Shown here piece after piece: positions 43,556-46,513 of a DNA stretch of 46,513 nucleotides; position 1 is the stretch's first letter; every line of letters starts with the position of its first letter. The notes under the pieces were generated by a model. The model did not search any database. It was not told the DNA's origin and saw only the letters and a program-made list of their open reading frames with translations. Position numbers and translations under genes: made by a program. Origin of the DNA: Candidatus Zixiibacteriota bacterium (GTDB lineage: Bacteria; Zixibacteria; MSB-5A5; GN15; FEB-12); NCBI GenBank assembly GCA_041908405.1, contig JAYRFH010000019.1, positions 1 to 46,513 of the forward strand, in the 5' to 3' direction.

Positions 43556-44515
43556 ATGAAGCGTCACCCCGCCAACCCGCTGATCAGCCGTTCCGATATT
43601 CCCGATGTCCGACCACATCTGGTGGATGTATCATCCGTTTTCAATCCCGGCGCTGTCCTTTGGAAAGATCAGTTCGTTCTTATCCTGCGGGTGCAAGATC
43701 GCGGACGGGAAACCCACCTACTGCCAGCATTGAGCAGTGACGGCATTCGATTCAAGATAGCCGACCGTCCGATTCAGTTTCGAGGGATCGACAAGCTACC
43801 ATATCAGATTTATCACGTCTATGACCCGAGGATAACGCAGATCGGGGATCTCTGCTATCTCACGCTGGCACTGGATACTGACAGCGGGTGCAAGATCGGG
43901 CTCGCCCGAACCGATGACTTCCGGAGTTTTGAGTTCATGGGCGTGCCGCTGGAAGGAGATGCCCGCAACGCCGTGCTGTTTCCGGAGAGAATAGGGGGAT
44001 CGTACGCGATGTTCTACCGCCCGAATCGAACTAGTCTCGACGGCGGCATTGCGACCGGCAGCGAGATTGAGTTGGCGGCGTCTGATGATCTGGTGAACTG
44101 GAAAGCCCGTGCGAGTGTAATGCGCGGACGCTTTCACTATTGGGATGAATTGATCGGTTCGGGGCCGCCGCCGTTGAAGACCAGACATGGGTGGCTGCAT
44201 ATCTATCACGGCGTGGCGACACACTTCGCGGCGAGTAATATCTACCAGGCGGGGGTGACACTGCACGACCTGCAGGATCCGGCACGTGTTATTGGCCGGA
44301 GTAGGTGCAATATTCTTGAGCCGCGCGAAATGTATGAACTGGTCGGCCAAGTGCCGAATGTAGTATTCCCTTCAGGAATGGTGCCCAGGACGACAAGAGC
44401 TGACGGGTTTGTGGAAGATAACACGGAACTGCTCGTATACTACGGCGCCGCGGACACCTGCGTTGGGCTGGCAACGACCACCGTGAAGGAATTGCTGGAG
44501 GCGATGAATGAATAG
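43556..44515 (+). CDS. GH130 family glycosidase / beta-mannoside phosphorylase-like
   Basis: RHPANPLISRSDIP....VFNPGAV....FVLILRV, then IGLARTDDF, YHGV and YYGAADT, a typical GH130 five-bladed propeller signature. No signal peptide. Confidence 0.85.
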   Translation: MKRHPANPLISRSDIPDVRPHLVDVSSVFNPGAVLWKDQFVLILRVQDRGRETHLLPALSSDGIRFKIADRPIQFRGIDKLPYQIYHVYDPRITQIGDLCYLTLALDTDSGCKIGLARTDDFRSFEFMGVPLEGDARNAVLFPERIGGSYAMFYRPNRTSLDGGIATGSEIELAASDDLVNWKARASVMRGRFHYWDELIGSGPPPLKTRHGWLHIYHGVATHFAASNIYQAGVTLHDLQDPARVIGRSRCNILEPREMYELVGQVPNVVFPSGMVPRTTRADGFVEDNTELLVYYGAADTCVGLATTTVKELLEAMNE

Positions 44516-45614
44516 CCGGCTGGTAGTAATATGGGCGACGCTTGTTTTCGTGATTGGCGGTTCTGCGCTGTCAGATGATTTGATGCCACTTCCGGGTTCT
44601 CCGTATCAGCCGCGGCAGTACATTTGCTATCGCACCACAAATGCGATCATTGTCGACGGAGAACTATCCGATTCTGCCTGGCAAACCGCACCGTGGACAG
44701 AGCTCTTCACTGATATCGAAGGAACGCTGAAACCGGCGCCGCGCTTTGAAACACGCGCGAAGATGCTCTGGGATTCATCCTATTTCTATGTCTGCGCCGA
44801 ACTGAAGGAGCCTGATGTCTGGGGGAAACTGACAGAACGGGACGCGGTGATCTATCACGATAATGACATCGAAGTCTTCATCGACCCTGACATGGATACG
44901 CACGAATACTATGAACTTGAGATCAACGCACTAAATACTGTCTGGGATCTGTTGCTTCTCAAGCCGTATCGGGATGGCGGCCCCGCGGTCAATGCGTGGG
45001 ATATACAGGGCCTTAAGACCGCAGTCGCGATCAACGGTACGCTCAATCAACCCGGCGATATCGATTCGGGATGGACAGTTGAGATCGCTATTCCGTGGAA
45101 GGTGCTTGCCGAATGCGCACACCGTCCCAGCCCACCCAAAGATGCCGACCAGTGGAAGGTCAATTTCTCACGAGTCGAGTGGAAAACCGTTGTCCGAGAA
45201 GGGGCGTATGTCAAAGAAATAGACCCCTCAACCGGTAAGTCGCTTCCCGAGGACAATTGGGTCTGGTCTCCGCAAGGGTTGATAGCCATGCACTACCCTG
45301 AGAAGTGGGGAATTGTGCAATTTTCTGACTCGGCCAGCGGTGGAAAGCAGGTTGCGCTTAATGCGGATCCGCTTGAATCCGCACGCTGGGCACTGCGGCA
45401 GATATACTACGCGCAACGAAATCACTTCGCCAAACATCATCGGTACAGCACTGATCTCAATGAACTCGAATCCAAGATGGAACCGGTCAACGGCTTCATC
45501 TGGCCCCCAACGATTGAGATAACCTCGGATTCGTTCGACGCTGCCCTTCGCGGCAGCGATGGAAAGCTCCGCATCCGCATACGCGAAGATGGCCGGATCG
45601 TCACGGAGCAGTGA
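44508..45614 (+). CDS. Secreted carbohydrate-binding family 9-like (CBM9/DOMON-type) protein
   Basis: Overlaps the GH130 stop by 8 nt. Signal peptide. VDGELSDSAWQTAPWTELFTDIEG...MLWDSSYFYVCAELKEPDVW...HDNDIEVFIDPD...YYELEINALNTVWDLL. Confidence 0.72.
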   Translation: MNSRLVVIWATLVFVIGGSALSDDLMPLPGSPYQPRQYICYRTTNAIIVDGELSDSAWQTAPWTELFTDIEGTLKPAPRFETRAKMLWDSSYFYVCAELKEPDVWGKLTERDAVIYHDNDIEVFIDPDMDTHEYYELEINALNTVWDLLLLKPYRDGGPAVNAWDIQGLKTAVAINGTLNQPGDIDSGWTVEIAIPWKVLAECAHRPSPPKDADQWKVNFSRVEWKTVVREGAYVKEIDPSTGKSLPEDNWVWSPQGLIAMHYPEKWGIVQFSDSASGGKQVALNADPLESARWALRQIYYAQRNHFAKHHRYSTDLNELESKMEPVNGFIWPPTIEITSDSFDAALRGSDGKLRIRIREDGRIVTEQ

Positions 45615-45652
45615 GTGGCGTTTGAAGTGAGCAGCGTTCCCCTGGAGAAGAT

Positions 45653-46513
45653 ATGAACCTCAGCGTACTTGACTGGACCATCGTTATCGTCTCTCTGGGA
45701 CTGATGATCCTTTCGGTCGAGGCCGGGCGTAGAGTGATGAAGAGCGTGGCGGACTTTCTCTCGGCCGGTCGCTCGGCGGGTCGCTACGTATTGTGTGTCG
45801 CCAGCGGAGCCGCGGGGATCGGCGCGATCACCGTGGTCGGTAACCTGGAAATGAATCTGATCGCTGGGTTTTCGCTGACCTGGTGGGGAATGACCACTGC
45901 TCTCGTGGTGTTAGTGATAACCGTATCCGGCTGGGTCATATATCGCTTCCGACAAACACGGTCGTTGACGCTCGCGCAGTATTTCGAAGTACGGTATAGC
46001 CGGGAGTTCAGGATCTTCACCGGCATGATCGCCTTCTTGTCGGGGATCGTGAATTTCGGGATCTTCCCGGCGGTTGAAGCGCGCTTCTTCATGTATTTCT
46101 GCGGCTTGCCGGAGACGGTCTCGATACTCGGATTCGATGTCGGCATGTTTCCTCTCCTGATGGCCTTCTTGCTGGGGATATCGCTCTACTTCGTACTGGG
46201 CGGCGGTCAGGTCTCGGTAATATACGCGGACTTCTTTCAGGGAGTGCTGGTCTACGGCGTATTTGTCGTACTCGTGTTGTACTTCTTCATCTCGATCGAT
46301 TGGGGTCACATCGAACAGGCGTTGGCGGCGGCGCCGGAGAACGCGTCGCTCATCAATCCGTTCAAGACGAGTCAGGTGCAGGATTTCAACTTCTGGTATT
46401 TCCTGGTCGGTATCATAGGCGTGATCTATGGTACCATGTCCTGGCAGGGGACACAGGCCTACAATTCATCGGCGAAAAACGCGCATGAAGCAAAGATGGC
46501 CAATGTACTGACC
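45653..46513 (+). CDS. Sodium:solute symporter family transporter (3' end outside window)
   Basis: Absent from the ORF track because there is no stop in the window. My translation from the ATG at 45653 stays open for 287 codons to the window end. It reads MNLSVLDWTIVIVSLGLMIL...DFLSAGRSAGRYV...LTLAQYFEVRYS...GGQVSVIYADFFQG and contains multiple TM helices. Confidence 0.82.
   Translation, partial: MNLSVLDWTIVIVSLGLMILSVEAGRRVMKSVADFLSAGRSAGRYVLCVASGAAGIGAITVVGNLEMNLIAGFSLTWWGMTTALVVLVITVSGWVIYRFRQTRSLTLAQYFEVRYSREFRIFTGMIAFLSGIVNFGIFPAVEARFFMYFCGLPETVSILGFDVGMFPLLMAFLLGISLYFVLGGGQVSVIYADFFQGVLVYGVFVVLVLYFFISIDWGHIEQALAAAPENASLINPFKTSQVQDFNFWYFLVGIIGVIYGTMSWQGTQAYNSSAKNAHEAKMANVLT

Noticed and set aside
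1-46513. CRISPR arrays, DGR/retron elements, IS elements and prophage genes.
   Set aside because: I saw no regularly spaced identical repeats in any intergenic region. No reverse transcriptase, Cas, transposase or phage structural motif appeared among the translated ORFs.

Overview
This 46.5-kb window looks like ordinary chromosome from an uncultivated bacterium. GC is moderately high by eye and Shine-Dalgarno sites are strong. The tmRNA tag (GENNYAMAA) and a Bacteroidetes-style kinase H-box (AGIAHEIKNPLNFVNNF) hint at the FCB superphylum, but that is inference only. I found no transposase, integrase, reverse transcriptase, CRISPR array, rRNA or canonical tRNA. Left to right: AMMECR1 (partial); a small pYEATS-like protein; an SDR / membrane protein / class-V aminotransferase operon; a minus-strand operon of cupredoxin-like protein, HAMP histidine kinase and outer-membrane barrel; a second SDR; adaA-ogt; tmRNA (ssrA); a RelQ/RelP-type small alarmone synthetase; an orphan 270-aa protein; pntAA-pntAB-pntB translationally coupled to an ALT-type aminotransferase; and a NarL-type two-component pair. 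Next comes a tight four-gene cassette: an RHH protein, a 1376-aa cytoplasmic histidine kinase with five tandem ~184-aa sensor modules, a stand-alone REC, and a REC-PP2C phosphatase. After that: a SAM methyltransferase; a divergent MetRS-like ligase plus gltX; a 1417-aa secreted protein with a 564-aa putative outer-membrane barrel; and a divergent glycan-utilisation locus (GH29, DUF4838, GH3 / GH130, CBM9-like, SSF symporter, partial). The best candidates for something undescribed are the RHH-kinase-REC-REC/PP2C cassette and the giant-protein/barrel pair. Secondary oddities are a 258-nt structured, ORF-bridged spacer inside the pnt operon, the degenerate KMSKS motif in the MetRS-like gene, and the stand-alone pYEATS-like protein. 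All family calls come from motif recognition by eye; no searches were run.
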